Virus record (IMG/VR): IMGVR_UViG_3300042691_041392
Direction: 5' to 3' (one strand)
Origin: a virus
DNA: 64,000 bases
Made by a program: the position numbers and the translations under genes. Positions 19,744 to 29,509 of this stretch are shown piece by piece (position 1 is the first letter of the stretch; each line of letters opens with the position of its first letter). Below the pieces are notes generated by a model that was given only the letters and a program-made list of their open reading frames with translations, did no database searches and had not been told where the DNA came from.

Positions 19744-20928
19744 TTAATACATATCTTCAAAATCAAATCCATAATCATCTTCTTCTACTAACTGAATAGT
19801 TTCAGATATTGCTTCCATAGGAACTGTTTTTAGTTCTGGTAAGTGTTCAATTAAATCACTTCTACTACCAACATACTCAATTCTACCTGATGCTGACTCA
19901 GAGTAAAGTGAGTGACCATTCCAAATAATCTCTACAAAATCAAATGAGTCAATTTGATTTGATAACCAACTATGAATCATTTTCTTTTCTAACTCAATTT
20001 GTTTTTTGTGTAAATAAACTTTCTTTTCAGAACCGTTTAAATAAACGTGAGTAAAAAAATCAGTACTCCAATTAGGATTAGAAGAAACATATTTTTTGGA
20101 CTTATGAGAAGAATATGAAGATCCACCTCCATATCCAACGCCTCCGCCTCCCCAAAAGCCCCAACCATCATCATCATTCCAACCATCATCGTAGTTGTTT
20201 TGATCTCTTTCAATTGGTAAAGTCTCCCAGTCAATTTCACAAACTGTTTTACATAATCTTTTTAAGTATTCAATATCTTGACGTTCTCTTGTGGTATGTT
20301 CATCATAATAACCAACAGAAATATTAGTACACTCTGGAATTAAGTCCATAAACTTAGCCGAGTCTGTTAAGATACCAGTACTATCTGGTCTCATATTCAT
20401 CGAGTTGTTTGTAACATTCATTCGTTTTGCTAATTCAACAGCGAATGTTTCAGAACAACATCTACCAAACATTTGATAAGTAATAATTGAAGTTGTACCA
20501 CGTCTATCAAAACTAACACACTTGTTGATATGTTTTGAAAACTCAGTATTTTTCCACTCTCTTGCTAATCTACCTGAACCAATACAACCAACTTCTTCAC
20601 CAATAAAGAAGTAGTAAAGACCTGGAACTCCTTTTGATATCATATAGGAAATAACAGTCATACCAGCTTTATCATCAGCACCTAAGATAGAAGTACCATC
20701 TGTACCAATCATATTACCATTAAATACGTGATTTACCTTTTTCTGAGCTTTATCAGCTGTATCTAAGTGGCATGTAAACATAGTTGTTGGTTTATCACCA
20801 ATAACTAAATAGTAGTTTCCTAAACCGTCTTCTTGATATCCCTTTGGTAGATTGTTTAATAAACCTAACTCGGTTCCGTGTGGGTAAGTAAACCTTGTTA
20901 GTTGTAAAAACTTTTTAGTAATTCTCAT
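19744..20928 (-). CDS. M20/M28-family zinc metallopeptidase-like protein
   Basis: 'CHLDT', 'LGADDKAG', 'GEEVG', 'FDRRG', 'TDSA' and 'SVGYYDEH'. Confidence 0.85.
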   Translation of the reverse strand: MRITKKFLQLTRFTYPHGTELGLLNNLPKGYQEDGLGNYYLVIGDKPTTMFTCHLDTADKAQKKVNHVFNGNMIGTDGTSILGADDKAGMTVISYMISKGVPGLYYFFIGEEVGCIGSGRLAREWKNTEFSKHINKCVSFDRRGTTSIITYQMFGRCCSETFAVELAKRMNVTNNSMNMRPDSTGILTDSAKFMDLIPECTNISVGYYDEHTTRERQDIEYLKRLCKTVCEIDWETLPIERDQNNYDDGWNDDDGWGFWGGGGVGYGGGSSYSSHKSKKYVSSNPNWSTDFFTHVYLNGSEKKVYLHKKQIELEKKMIHSWLSNQIDSFDFVEIIWNGHSLYSESASGRIEYVGSRSDLIEHLPELKTVPMEAISETIQLVEEDDYGFDFEDMY

Positions 20929-20959
20929 TTTATTGAAGATATATTATTGTTTAATTATA

Positions 20960-20993
20960 TACAAATATACGTATTTTATTTTATTTAGACAAA
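20960..20993 (-). promoter_or_regulatory. Bacteroidota sigma-type promoter (TTTG-N20-TATATTTG)
   Basis: Both -33 and -7 elements are present with 20-nt spacing. Confidence 0.7.
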
Positions 20994-21004
20994 TTCTAAA
21001 TAAC

Positions 21005-21562
21005 TTATTTTTCATCATCAAATAATGAATCAATTTTCTTATCTCTTATGTAAGCACCTTTCAATTTGTCTAATTCGGTTGTCCATCCATTGATATTATC
21101 TTTAATGAATTTAGATTGTAAATTTCTATTGGCATTGAAACTTGTAGGTGTTGTGATATTTGGATCAAGATTATATTTTATTTCAACATGAAAATCATTT
21201 ACATCATCAGTTGATTTGTAGTGATATTCTTTAGCAATTATAATGAATTTATAATCTAATTTTTCTATGACTTTTAAGAAGTTTGTTACTTGGTGACTTT
21301 TATATTGATAAAGATCAATTACAATTAAGTTAACTCGAAATAGATTTGACTTATCGTTTACTAACTCTTCAAACTCTTCAAAGTTGTTAAATAATATACA
21401 ACTATGTAGTCCGTATATAAGACCACAACTTTTCTCTTTGTTAGGTGCGAAAAGTACATAATTATAATTATCAACTTCAAGGAAGTTAACAACTTCTAAG
21501 AGTACACTGGAAATATGATTAGGTGTCCCAGTAAAGAAATTATACTTTTTTAAAAAAATCAT
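21005..21562 (-). CDS. Hypothetical protein ending RDKKIDSLF
   Basis: 185 aa, with a Walker-B-like 'LIVIDL'. Confidence 0.65.
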   Translation of the reverse strand: MIFLKKYNFFTGTPNHISSVLLEVVNFLEVDNYNYVLFAPNKEKSCGLIYGLHSCILFNNFEEFEELVNDKSNLFRVNLIVIDLYQYKSHQVTNFLKVIEKLDYKFIIIAKEYHYKSTDDVNDFHVEIKYNLDPNITTPTSFNANRNLQSKFIKDNINGWTTELDKLKGAYIRDKKIDSLFDDEK

Positions 21563-21944
21563 TTATATTTAAACATTCTTTATTAACATCAACAATAAAG
21601 TTGAACTTTTGTAGAAATCTTCTTCCTATTAACATAGGATATTGCATATTATCACGATTGTTTAGTGAAACATATAATTTATATGGAGTATTTCCTAAAA
21701 TAACACTTGTGGGAATTGCATAACGTTCTTGTTCATGACCAAATGAACTTTTAACATTTATTGTTTTGAATTTTTCATAGACGAAGTTTTTATCGCCTAT
21801 TCTAAAATGTAATTTACCTTCTAATTCCTCTATCTCGTCACAATGTAAGACATTACTGTAAGCACCTGTGTCGATTTTAGCAGGTACATTAACCAATCCA
21901 AGATCCACAAAATGAAATAATTCTCTCCAACCAACTATATTCAT
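21540..21944 (-). CDS. RimK-associated retropepsin-like putative protease
   Basis: 'VGWRE', 'AKIDTGA' and 'MQYPMLIGRRFL'. Confidence 0.85.
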   Translation of the reverse strand: MNIVGWRELFHFVDLGLVNVPAKIDTGAYSNVLHCDEIEELEGKLHFRIGDKNFVYEKFKTINVKSSFGHEQERYAIPTSVILGNTPYKLYVSLNNRDNMQYPMLIGRRFLQKFNFIVDVNKECLNINDFFKKV

Positions 21945-22008
21945 AAATATTATACTTTATATTAAACAAAGATACTAAAATTTTCTATAAAAAGAAAAAA
22001 AATTATAT

Positions 22009-22767
22009 ATGAATTCATATAGTTTTAGCTGTATAATTTTATACAGACACAATATACAGAGATGGAACAATCTAAAAAGAATACTGGAGTGGATAACTGG
22101 ATTTTCTAATGTAGAATTAATAATAGTTGAACAAGATACACATTCTAAAATTGGTCATTTAAACTTTCCAGGAAAACATATCTTTACAAAATCAAAAATG
22201 CCATTCAACCGTTCTTGGGGATTTAATGTTGGTTTAAAACACGTTAATTCAAAAGTTACGGTTTTTACAGACTGTGATTTGATAATGAACCCTGAACTAT
22301 TTATAAGTGGTTTGAAATCATTAGAACAGTTTGAGATGGTTAGTCCTTATAATTCTGTTGTTGATTTAAACCCACAAGAAAGTGGATTTCAATTAGAAGA
22401 GATGTTAAAAATTGATAGACCAGGTAGGGGTGAAAATGATATTCAAAAAATCAACATCTCCGGAGGTATAACTATGTTTAGAACGGATGCTATTAAAAAA
22501 ATCGCAGGGTGGAACGAAGACTTTATTTCTTGGGGAGGTGAAGATGACTTTCAAACTGTTAAGGTGGAGAACTTTTTAACGTGGTATGAACAACCGGGAA
22601 GATGTTACCATCTTTATCACGATAAAGAAAAAATTGACATGAAGTGGTATCAGAGAAATTTACAATTGTTATCGAAATTGAAGTCATTAACAAGAGAAGA
22701 ATTGAGTAAACAAATCATGACTAGTTCTCCAAAAATTGGAATGAAAAATAAATATGATAATTTTTAA
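22009..22767 (+). CDS. Glycosyltransferase (GT2/GT7-C, galactosyltransferase-like)
   Basis: 'IVEQD', 'FNRSWGFNVG', 'DCD' and 'WNEDFISWGGEDD'. Confidence 0.85.
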   Translation: MNSYSFSCIILYRHNIQRWNNLKRILEWITGFSNVELIIVEQDTHSKIGHLNFPGKHIFTKSKMPFNRSWGFNVGLKHVNSKVTVFTDCDLIMNPELFISGLKSLEQFEMVSPYNSVVDLNPQESGFQLEEMLKIDRPGRGENDIQKINISGGITMFRTDAIKKIAGWNEDFISWGGEDDFQTVKVENFLTWYEQPGRCYHLYHDKEKIDMKWYQRNLQLLSKLKSLTREELSKQIMTSSPKIGMKNKYDNF

Positions 22768-23681
22768 ATATTATTTAATAAAATATCTTCAATTTTATTA
22801 AAATCTTTATATGAAATTCTTAAAAGATGAATATTTTTAGATTTACAATATTCATCTTTTATTTTATCACATTCTATTGTGTATTTTAACTTATCCATTC
22901 CACCTTGAAATCCCAGTGGTTTGAAGTGTTGTATACCATCATATTCGATTAAAATATTTTTATCTGATAACCAAAAGTCAAATGATAATTTTTTATTTTT
23001 TATACAATCATCAAATTTTTTCTGTGTTTCGTATGTTATATTATTTTTTATTAGAAATCTCTCTATTCTATTCTCACCTCTAGATTGATTACATTTTGGA
23101 CAACCCTTACCATCTAAGTGATTTGATGGCATTTGTTTAAATGATCCATGTTTTGGGCAAATTATTTCCACTGGTGTTTTAGCATTTATATAATTTAACT
23201 TCGAATAATCATATAGAACACCATGTGTATTATTCGCTTTGCTAGGGAAAAATTGTGAGTATTTTTTAATGTTAGTATTTTTAGTTTTTTGTATTTTACA
23301 TCTAGGACATCCTTGTCCTCTAAGATGTTTATTTGGGGTTTGGTCAAAATATCCATGTATAGGACAAGATATATGAACTTTCGTACCATCATTAATATAT
23401 TCTACTTGATCATAATTGTAGAAGTTATTATGAACTTTATTTGATTGATCAATGAATTTGGACAAACTTTTACTGAATGATTTTTTATTTTTATCAATTG
23501 CACATTTTTTACAACCCTTACCAATTAAATGATTATATGGTAATTGTTCAAAATATCCATGTATAGGACATCCAATTAGTATCTTCGTTTTCGCGTTTAT
23601 GTAATTTACTCTATCATAATTATAAAAATTGTTATGCACATCATTTGCCTTTTTTATAAAGTTGTAAAACTTATCATCCAT
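22764..23681 (-). CDS. Homing endonuclease, CPxHG zinc-repeat plus PD-(D/E)XK-type nuclease
   Basis: Third paralog; 'SFDFWL...IEYDGIQH'. Confidence 0.85.
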   Translation of the reverse strand: MDDKFYNFIKKANDVHNNFYNYDRVNYINAKTKILIGCPIHGYFEQLPYNHLIGKGCKKCAIDKNKKSFSKSLSKFIDQSNKVHNNFYNYDQVEYINDGTKVHISCPIHGYFDQTPNKHLRGQGCPRCKIQKTKNTNIKKYSQFFPSKANNTHGVLYDYSKLNYINAKTPVEIICPKHGSFKQMPSNHLDGKGCPKCNQSRGENRIERFLIKNNITYETQKKFDDCIKNKKLSFDFWLSDKNILIEYDGIQHFKPLGFQGGMDKLKYTIECDKIKDEYCKSKNIHLLRISYKDFNKIEDILLNNI

Positions 23682-23714
23682 AAAGTTATATATTAAAAAA
23701 ATAAGACAATAAAT

Positions 23715-24431
23715 ATGACAACTTTTGATAAAATAAAAATAATTTCAAACTTTAAAGAGGAGAAAAATACACTACCTCAAATACAAGTCAATTATATTGA
23801 TTTTGTGTATGAAACTGAAGAAGAAAGATTGAAGAAAAAAATGGAAAGAAGAAACATCGCAATTGATGTTGTTCTTGATGAGGCTAATGAAGAAGATTTA
23901 GTGGATATAGTTCCTGATCAGACATTAAGAGATGAGTTATCTTTTGGTGGTGTTATAGCCCCACAAGTTTATAGTATGAGTATTCAATCAAAAAGATATA
24001 TATCAGAAGATAGTCTTTATGATGAAATTATCGACTTTATTGACAAATCAAACTTGAATTTGAATTCACCTGTTAATTTAGATTTAACTTTATCAAACTC
24101 ACCAGATGGATCTGATAATAGAAAGTTTATTTCTAAAGTAATGATGGCTTCCAACTTAATTGCTGTTGAAGGTAGAATAGGTCCTGCTAAAACTGTTATA
24201 TTAGGAAAGAATGTTTTTTATAAAATGGTGGATTGTTTAGATATGTTATCTAATACAGGTCTTCAACACTTTGTTGATTATTCAATTGATCCTGATAAAG
24301 TGATTGTTTTTAGAACAAACAATACAGATCAAAGTGGAATTATTTGTATTCTTGATGAGGGAAATGGTAGATATTTCTTAAAAGAAACACCAAATTGGGA
24401 GAGACAATATTGTAGTTTTAAAGTTATATAA
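23715..24431 (+). CDS. Reduced paralog of the major capsid protein
   Basis: Collinear matches to gp23 at 53766-55517: YIDFVY/YIDFQY, GGVIAP/AGVIGP, RKFISKVMMASNLIAVEGRIGPA/RKLITKIAHASNYIATEGRVGPA, RTNNTDQSGII/RKNNPDQPGII. Confidence 0.85.
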   Translation: MTTFDKIKIISNFKEEKNTLPQIQVNYIDFVYETEEERLKKKMERRNIAIDVVLDEANEEDLVDIVPDQTLRDELSFGGVIAPQVYSMSIQSKRYISEDSLYDEIIDFIDKSNLNLNSPVNLDLTLSNSPDGSDNRKFISKVMMASNLIAVEGRIGPAKTVILGKNVFYKMVDCLDMLSNTGLQHFVDYSIDPDKVIVFRTNNTDQSGIICILDEGNGRYFLKETPNWERQYCSFKVI

Positions 24432-24434
24432 AAT

Positions 24435-24464
24435 AAAAAAGACATCTATAAGATGTCTTTTTTT
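24435..24464. terminator. Bidirectional terminator
   Basis: aaaaaagacatct-ata-agatgtcttttttt. Confidence 0.8.
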
Positions 24465-24996
24465 ATGCTGGTACTCTTAATTTATCATATTTAAGTAGTA
24501 ATTTATACATTCTATCCCATTCGTCTTTTGGGTTTTGTATCTTTTTTTCATACCACTTATTGTTGTTCATGTATTCAACAATCATTCCAACTTTTAAATC
24601 ATCCATAGTTTTTGGAACCCAATATCTTTTTGCTTCTACGAACGAAAATGATACACCATTGTGTAAATATGATTTATTTTCCGAATCGGTATTATACATA
24701 AGTAAACCCAGTGGTTGTTCAGAACCATCAAAGAAAACTTTTTTAGCATTTGAATCTCCTTGGTATTTTACAATTGCGCAATCTTGATTAAAATGATCTA
24801 ATAAGAAAATAGCATCTCTTCTTAAAGAATCATTATCTGGTCCCCAAGCAATAACAGAATCTTCAAAGTTACCTTTATAATAACCTTGTATAGGTAAGAT
24901 TTGATATTCTTTTGAATAAAGAACAGAAATCATTTCGTTTAATCTATCAGCTGATAGAATTATATATGAAGATTGTACACTTTCTAATCCGTTCAT
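24463..24996 (-). CDS. Putative SAM lyase (T3 SAMase-like) with C-terminal extension
   Basis: 'YIILSADR', 'GYYKGNFEDSV' and 'FNQDCAIVK' resemble T3 SAMase 'YVLVSAFR', 'GCYRE..EEKTV' and 'WEQDCVLVY' (recalled, not aligned). Confidence 0.55.
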   Translation of the reverse strand: MNGLESVQSSYIILSADRLNEMISVLYSKEYQILPIQGYYKGNFEDSVIAWGPDNDSLRRDAIFLLDHFNQDCAIVKYQGDSNAKKVFFDGSEQPLGLLMYNTDSENKSYLHNGVSFSFVEAKRYWVPKTMDDLKVGMIVEYMNNNKWYEKKIQNPKDEWDRMYKLLLKYDKLRVPA

Positions 24997-25031
24997 ATTT
25001 TATATATTAATATCTTATAGTTATATATTAA

Positions 25032-26285
25032 TTATAAAATATTAAATTCTTCAAATAATTTGGTTTTGAAAATTGTTTCGATAGGTTCTTTATATTTTTT
25101 AGGAATAATTATACTATCATGTACAGTAACTAATTTTACTTCAGGGTAAAAAATCATTATATCTCTTATGATTTTATTAAAAATTAAATTAGATTCTGCT
25201 CTTTGTAATTCATATGATAGAATTTTATAATCACCTTTTTCTTTTTTATAAAGTTTTATAAAATAATGTATTGATGGAAATAATTCAGAAAATACTTTAT
25301 CTGCTTTACTATTGGAAGCATTCTTACCAAAAAGAACTCGGTAAGTCATTTCTTTAACCATTCCTTTATCAGTAGTTTTTAAATGATCCATTACATATTG
25401 ATAATATTTACCATTTATGGTTAAATATTTGAATAATTCAAACTCATCACTTCTAACCCATTTTGAGTTACTATCGGAAATTATTTTTGTTAAAAAAAGA
25501 GGTTGGCTGTTGTTGATATCAATTTCACAAGTTTCTTCACCATCTATCAGTAAACAGTTTTTTCTAATGAATGATTTTAAAATTGTGAAATTTGTGTGCA
25601 TTCTACCATAATTATCAAAATGATAGAATATGTGTTTATCATTTATACACTCTACTGAATATTTATTTCTATTATAAATATCACTATCATTATCTTTTAA
25701 ATTATCTAAATAAAATATTGATCTATCAAATTGAATATCAATATAAAAAAGATCATCTACTAACTTCGTTTTGATATCATCATCTATAAGTTTGTTTTTA
25801 ATACCATCTTCTTCAATTTGACAAACATTATTTCGATACTTTTTAAGTAAAATATTATCCGAATTTCTATATCGATTTATTTTACCTTTTAGAACTTTAT
25901 CATTTATTTTATAAACTCTAGCATTTCTACCAGCTTGGTAATTGGAGATCATTTCTAGTATATTATTATCTACTAAATATCCAATATAATAATTATAAAG
26001 ATATCCATACTTATCTTTTAGGATAGTTGACATTAAGTTAAATTTATTCTCTTTTTTAAAATAATATTTTAAAATAAGATTGTGTATTATATCAACTATA
26101 TAAGATGATTTTAATTTTACACCTTTGTACTCAAAATTTTTATTTTCAGATAATTCTTCTAAGATAGTTGGTAAGAATTGTAAACTTGATTTTTTAGTTT
26201 CAAGTTTTTTTCTGATAGTTGAGTGAAATTTTTTATCCTCAATTTCTAAGACTTCTAAATTCATAGATATTATATCATGTATCAT
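25032..26285 (-). CDS. PolA-family palm-domain protein lacking an exonuclease
   Basis: 'YGRMHT', motif A-like 'EIDINNSQP', 'LQRAES' and motif C 'TVHDSI'. Confidence 0.65.
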   Translation of the reverse strand: MIHDIISMNLEVLEIEDKKFHSTIRKKLETKKSSLQFLPTILEELSENKNFEYKGVKLKSSYIVDIIHNLILKYYFKKENKFNLMSTILKDKYGYLYNYYIGYLVDNNILEMISNYQAGRNARVYKINDKVLKGKINRYRNSDNILLKKYRNNVCQIEEDGIKNKLIDDDIKTKLVDDLFYIDIQFDRSIFYLDNLKDNDSDIYNRNKYSVECINDKHIFYHFDNYGRMHTNFTILKSFIRKNCLLIDGEETCEIDINNSQPLFLTKIISDSNSKWVRSDEFELFKYLTINGKYYQYVMDHLKTTDKGMVKEMTYRVLFGKNASNSKADKVFSELFPSIHYFIKLYKKEKGDYKILSYELQRAESNLIFNKIIRDIMIFYPEVKLVTVHDSIIIPKKYKEPIETIFKTKLFEEFNIL

Positions 26286-26295
26286 GATTTTAGTT

Positions 26296-26469
26296 CTACT
26301 TTTTAAAAATTTTCTTTATCTTATTTCTTCTAATTTCGGATCTTAAAATACCTTCTAAAAAATTATCATCAATACCATAATGATGACTTAAATCTGTCAC
26401 CATTTCAACACTCCATTCAGCTTTTAATGCTTTAGTGCTCACCTCAACAGATTTCATTTTTATACTCAT
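26296..26469 (-). CDS. 57-aa mini-protein: gp23-like peptide plus RRNKIKKIF motif (not in ORF track)
   Basis: MSIKMKSVEVSTKALKAEWSVEMVTDLSHHYGIDDNFLEGILRSEIRRNKIKKIFKK; ATG overlaps the upstream TAA (TAATG). Confidence 0.75.
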   Translation of the reverse strand: MSIKMKSVEVSTKALKAEWSVEMVTDLSHHYGIDDNFLEGILRSEIRRNKIKKIFKK

Positions 26470-27791
26470 TACTTAACTCCTTTCTCATCAACTATTGATG
26501 TTATTTTACCACCTTTACCTTTTTTCTTTTTATCTTCTGATCCTTTTTGTATTTCATCAAATACATCTGGATAAACTTCTCCTTCAGCATCTGTTTCATA
26601 TTGAATATCAAAAAACTCATCAAAGTCTAAAAGACCAGATCTTGTTAACTCAACTTCATGTATCTTATTCAAGTATCTATCAATATACTTATCAATATCA
26701 TCAACAAATAAGTTGAATAACTTAACCGTATTTTCAGTAAAAACTCCAATTGGTTTTTTTCTTTTCTTATTAAATGAACCAAGAATTATTTTAAAGATAT
26801 ATTCAAGTTTAGAATCTAATTCTAAATATTCTTTAGTCATCTTGTTTGGAATTAATTCTTTATTTATTTTAAATTTTTCTTTATCAAAAAATTCCGGTAT
26901 TATAAACTCAAAATTTACTAAGTCATCTTTAACTTCATCTAAATAAAAATTGTACAACTTACAAATTAGATAAATATAAATCTCATCTTTTTTAGTACCT
27001 TTTAGTTTAATATCTTCTAAATTTAAAGATTGACAAAAATTCAAAAAGTTAATTAAGATTAATGAGTATATTTCCACATAGTCAGTTGACTTATCACTAC
27101 TTACTCTTTTATATAGTGGATTTAGTAATTGAAATGATATATCTTTACTATCTATTCTAACAATTAGCTTTTCTAAATTTTCTTGAAATTCATCAAGCAT
27201 TAAAAAAGAATTTTCCGAGAGTGGATTTAATATTTTATAAAAGAAAAAGGCAAAAGACTTATCACCAAAAACATATTCTAAATCTTCTTCACTTGTGTTT
27301 AAAAAATACTTTATAGCCTCAATCATTCTCTCTGTTAATTTACCCTGAAATATAACCGGTATCATATCAACATTCATCAATCTAGAATATTCATCAATCT
27401 CTTCGATATTAAACTCATATTTACCACTTTTATAAATAGATGTTAATACTAATCCATTTTTTGGAAGTTTATCATATTCTATATTTGCTGGTTGATTATC
27501 AGGAAAGTACTCAAAACAAAACCACCATTTTTTATTTAAAAGTGATTTAACTCTATTATCTAGTGAATCTAAGTATTTTATAGCTGGGTTATAATAATTT
27601 TGCATAGCTAAATCAATTAGATTAATAGAATCACTATTAATTGATTTTGCTTTTATAGTAAAATCTTTACCATTCCAATTAACCCATATTTTACTTCCTT
27701 GAATATCTTCGAATACGGTTATATCATTACTAAACATAGAGTTAAGTAATTCTGTATTTTCTAAATCATTAAGTGTTTTTAAATTACTCAT
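26469..27791 (-). CDS. RNA-ligase-fold protein with degenerate catalytic motifs
   Basis: Motif I-like 'EDIQGS' (no Lys), III-like 'FCFEY', 'IPVIFQG' and IV-like 'EKLIVR'. Confidence 0.55.
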   Translation of the reverse strand: MSNLKTLNDLENTELLNSMFSNDITVFEDIQGSKIWVNWNGKDFTIKAKSINSDSINLIDLAMQNYYNPAIKYLDSLDNRVKSLLNKKWWFCFEYFPDNQPANIEYDKLPKNGLVLTSIYKSGKYEFNIEEIDEYSRLMNVDMIPVIFQGKLTERMIEAIKYFLNTSEEDLEYVFGDKSFAFFFYKILNPLSENSFLMLDEFQENLEKLIVRIDSKDISFQLLNPLYKRVSSDKSTDYVEIYSLILINFLNFCQSLNLEDIKLKGTKKDEIYIYLICKLYNFYLDEVKDDLVNFEFIIPEFFDKEKFKINKELIPNKMTKEYLELDSKLEYIFKIILGSFNKKRKKPIGVFTENTVKLFNLFVDDIDKYIDRYLNKIHEVELTRSGLLDFDEFFDIQYETDAEGEVYPDVFDEIQKGSEDKKKKGKGGKITSIVDEKGVK

Positions 27792-27865
27792 ATTTTTTTA
27801 TACTTTTTGTTTTGATTTTTGTTTTTATCCAAACTTACTTATATATAAAAAATATAAAATGTAGT

Positions 27866-29509
27866 ATGAAGAAATTATTATTAATTACTCCGCATTTATC
27901 CACTGGTGGTTTACCACAATTTTTACTTAAAAAAATAGAGATTTTAGTTAAAAAATTTGATGTTTACTTAGTAGAGTGGGATGATATAACTGGTGGTAGA
28001 TTGGTTATTCAAAAAAATAGAATTAAAGATATATTGGGTGATAAATTAATTACTCTTTATGATAAAAAAAATATATTTAATCTAATTGATGTAATTAATC
28101 CAGATATAATACATTTTGAAGAATTTCCTGAAACATTTATCGATGATTCTATACTAAAGTCAATTTATATTGATATGAGAAGTGGTTATAATTATGTTAT
28201 AACTGAAACAACACATGGTACTTTATTTAATAAAGATGATAAGAAATATCTTCCAGATAGAACTATGTTTGTTTCTGATATAAATATGATTCAATATAAT
28301 TCTATTTCAACTAAACCAGAAGTAATACCAATGGATGTTGATAACAGTGAGTTTAGAAATAAAAAACTTATTGATCTTGGATTAGATCCAAGTTATAAAC
28401 ATGTTATGAACGTTGGTTTATTTAATAGTAATAAAAATCAATCAGAAATCTTTGAATATGCTAAAATGATGTTAGATCAAAAAGTTCATTTTCATTTCTT
28501 TGGTAATATGGCTGGGAATTTTGAGGAATATTGGAGACCATTAGTTAATAATAGACCTGAGAATTGCACATTATGGGATGAACGAAGTGATTTACACAAG
28601 TTTTATTCTTGTATGGATCTTTTCTTATTTACATCTAAATTAGAAAATAGACCATTATCTGTTATCGAAGCATTATCCAATAATATGAGTGTTTTAATGT
28701 ATAACTTATCTAATTACAAAGGTGAGTTTTCTAAATATGAAAATGTTGAATTTTTGACAAATGACTTTGATTATAACGTAAAGTTAATTAAAGATTCATT
28801 AAAATTAGAAGAGTTTATTATAGATAATAAAGAGAAAGTAGAAGATAATTATAAAGAATATAAAATATCTGCTTATCATATGTTAACAGATATTGATACC
28901 GATAGAGAAGTAAAATCAATGATATCTTTAACTAAATTAAAAGATTATGGTATTGATTATTTTCCTTGTGTGAATAAAAGATGGACTGAATTGCCTCCAT
29001 CTGATAGTTGTCAATATCCGGAAAAAATAAGTATGGAACCAGGTGGTAAATTAACACCAGGTCATTATGGTTGTTATTTGGCACATAAAGACGCTTTTTA
29101 TAGAGGTATGAACTCAGATTCGGATTTCATTTTCATATTTGAATGTGATGCTGTTATTGATATTGATATGAATGAGTTTATGAGTAAGGTTAAATTTGCT
29201 TGTGATGTTCTAAATAAAACGGATTTATTGATGTTTTCTTTTGGTTATCATAATAACTCACATATAATTGACAAATATAATGATTATTGGACAGTTAATA
29301 AATTTTATGGAGCTCATGCTTATTTAATACCAAGAAGAAGTTTTGGTATAATTGATAAAATGTATCAAACTGCTAAGTGGAATGTATCTGATTTATTATT
29401 TGTTGAGAATTTAGATCAATATAAAACAGGAATTTTTGAAGTACCACCAACAAAACAATCGGCTGGTTACTCAATATTAGATAAAATATACAATGAAGAC
29501 AGACACTAA
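27866..29509 (+). CDS. Two-domain glycosyltransferase (GT4-like plus GT25-like); likely start 27866
   Basis: 'PHLSTGG', 'NKNQ', 'ENRPLSVIEAL'; second domain 'GHYGCYLAH', 'IFECDA', 'GAHAYLI'. Confidence 0.85.
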   Translation: MKKLLLITPHLSTGGLPQFLLKKIEILVKKFDVYLVEWDDITGGRLVIQKNRIKDILGDKLITLYDKKNIFNLIDVINPDIIHFEEFPETFIDDSILKSIYIDMRSGYNYVITETTHGTLFNKDDKKYLPDRTMFVSDINMIQYNSISTKPEVIPMDVDNSEFRNKKLIDLGLDPSYKHVMNVGLFNSNKNQSEIFEYAKMMLDQKVHFHFFGNMAGNFEEYWRPLVNNRPENCTLWDERSDLHKFYSCMDLFLFTSKLENRPLSVIEALSNNMSVLMYNLSNYKGEFSKYENVEFLTNDFDYNVKLIKDSLKLEEFIIDNKEKVEDNYKEYKISAYHMLTDIDTDREVKSMISLTKLKDYGIDYFPCVNKRWTELPPSDSCQYPEKISMEPGGKLTPGHYGCYLAHKDAFYRGMNSDSDFIFIFECDAVIDIDMNEFMSKVKFACDVLNKTDLLMFSFGYHNNSHIIDKYNDYWTVNKFYGAHAYLIPRRSFGIIDKMYQTAKWNVSDLLFVENLDQYKTGIFEVPPTKQSAGYSILDKIYNEDRH

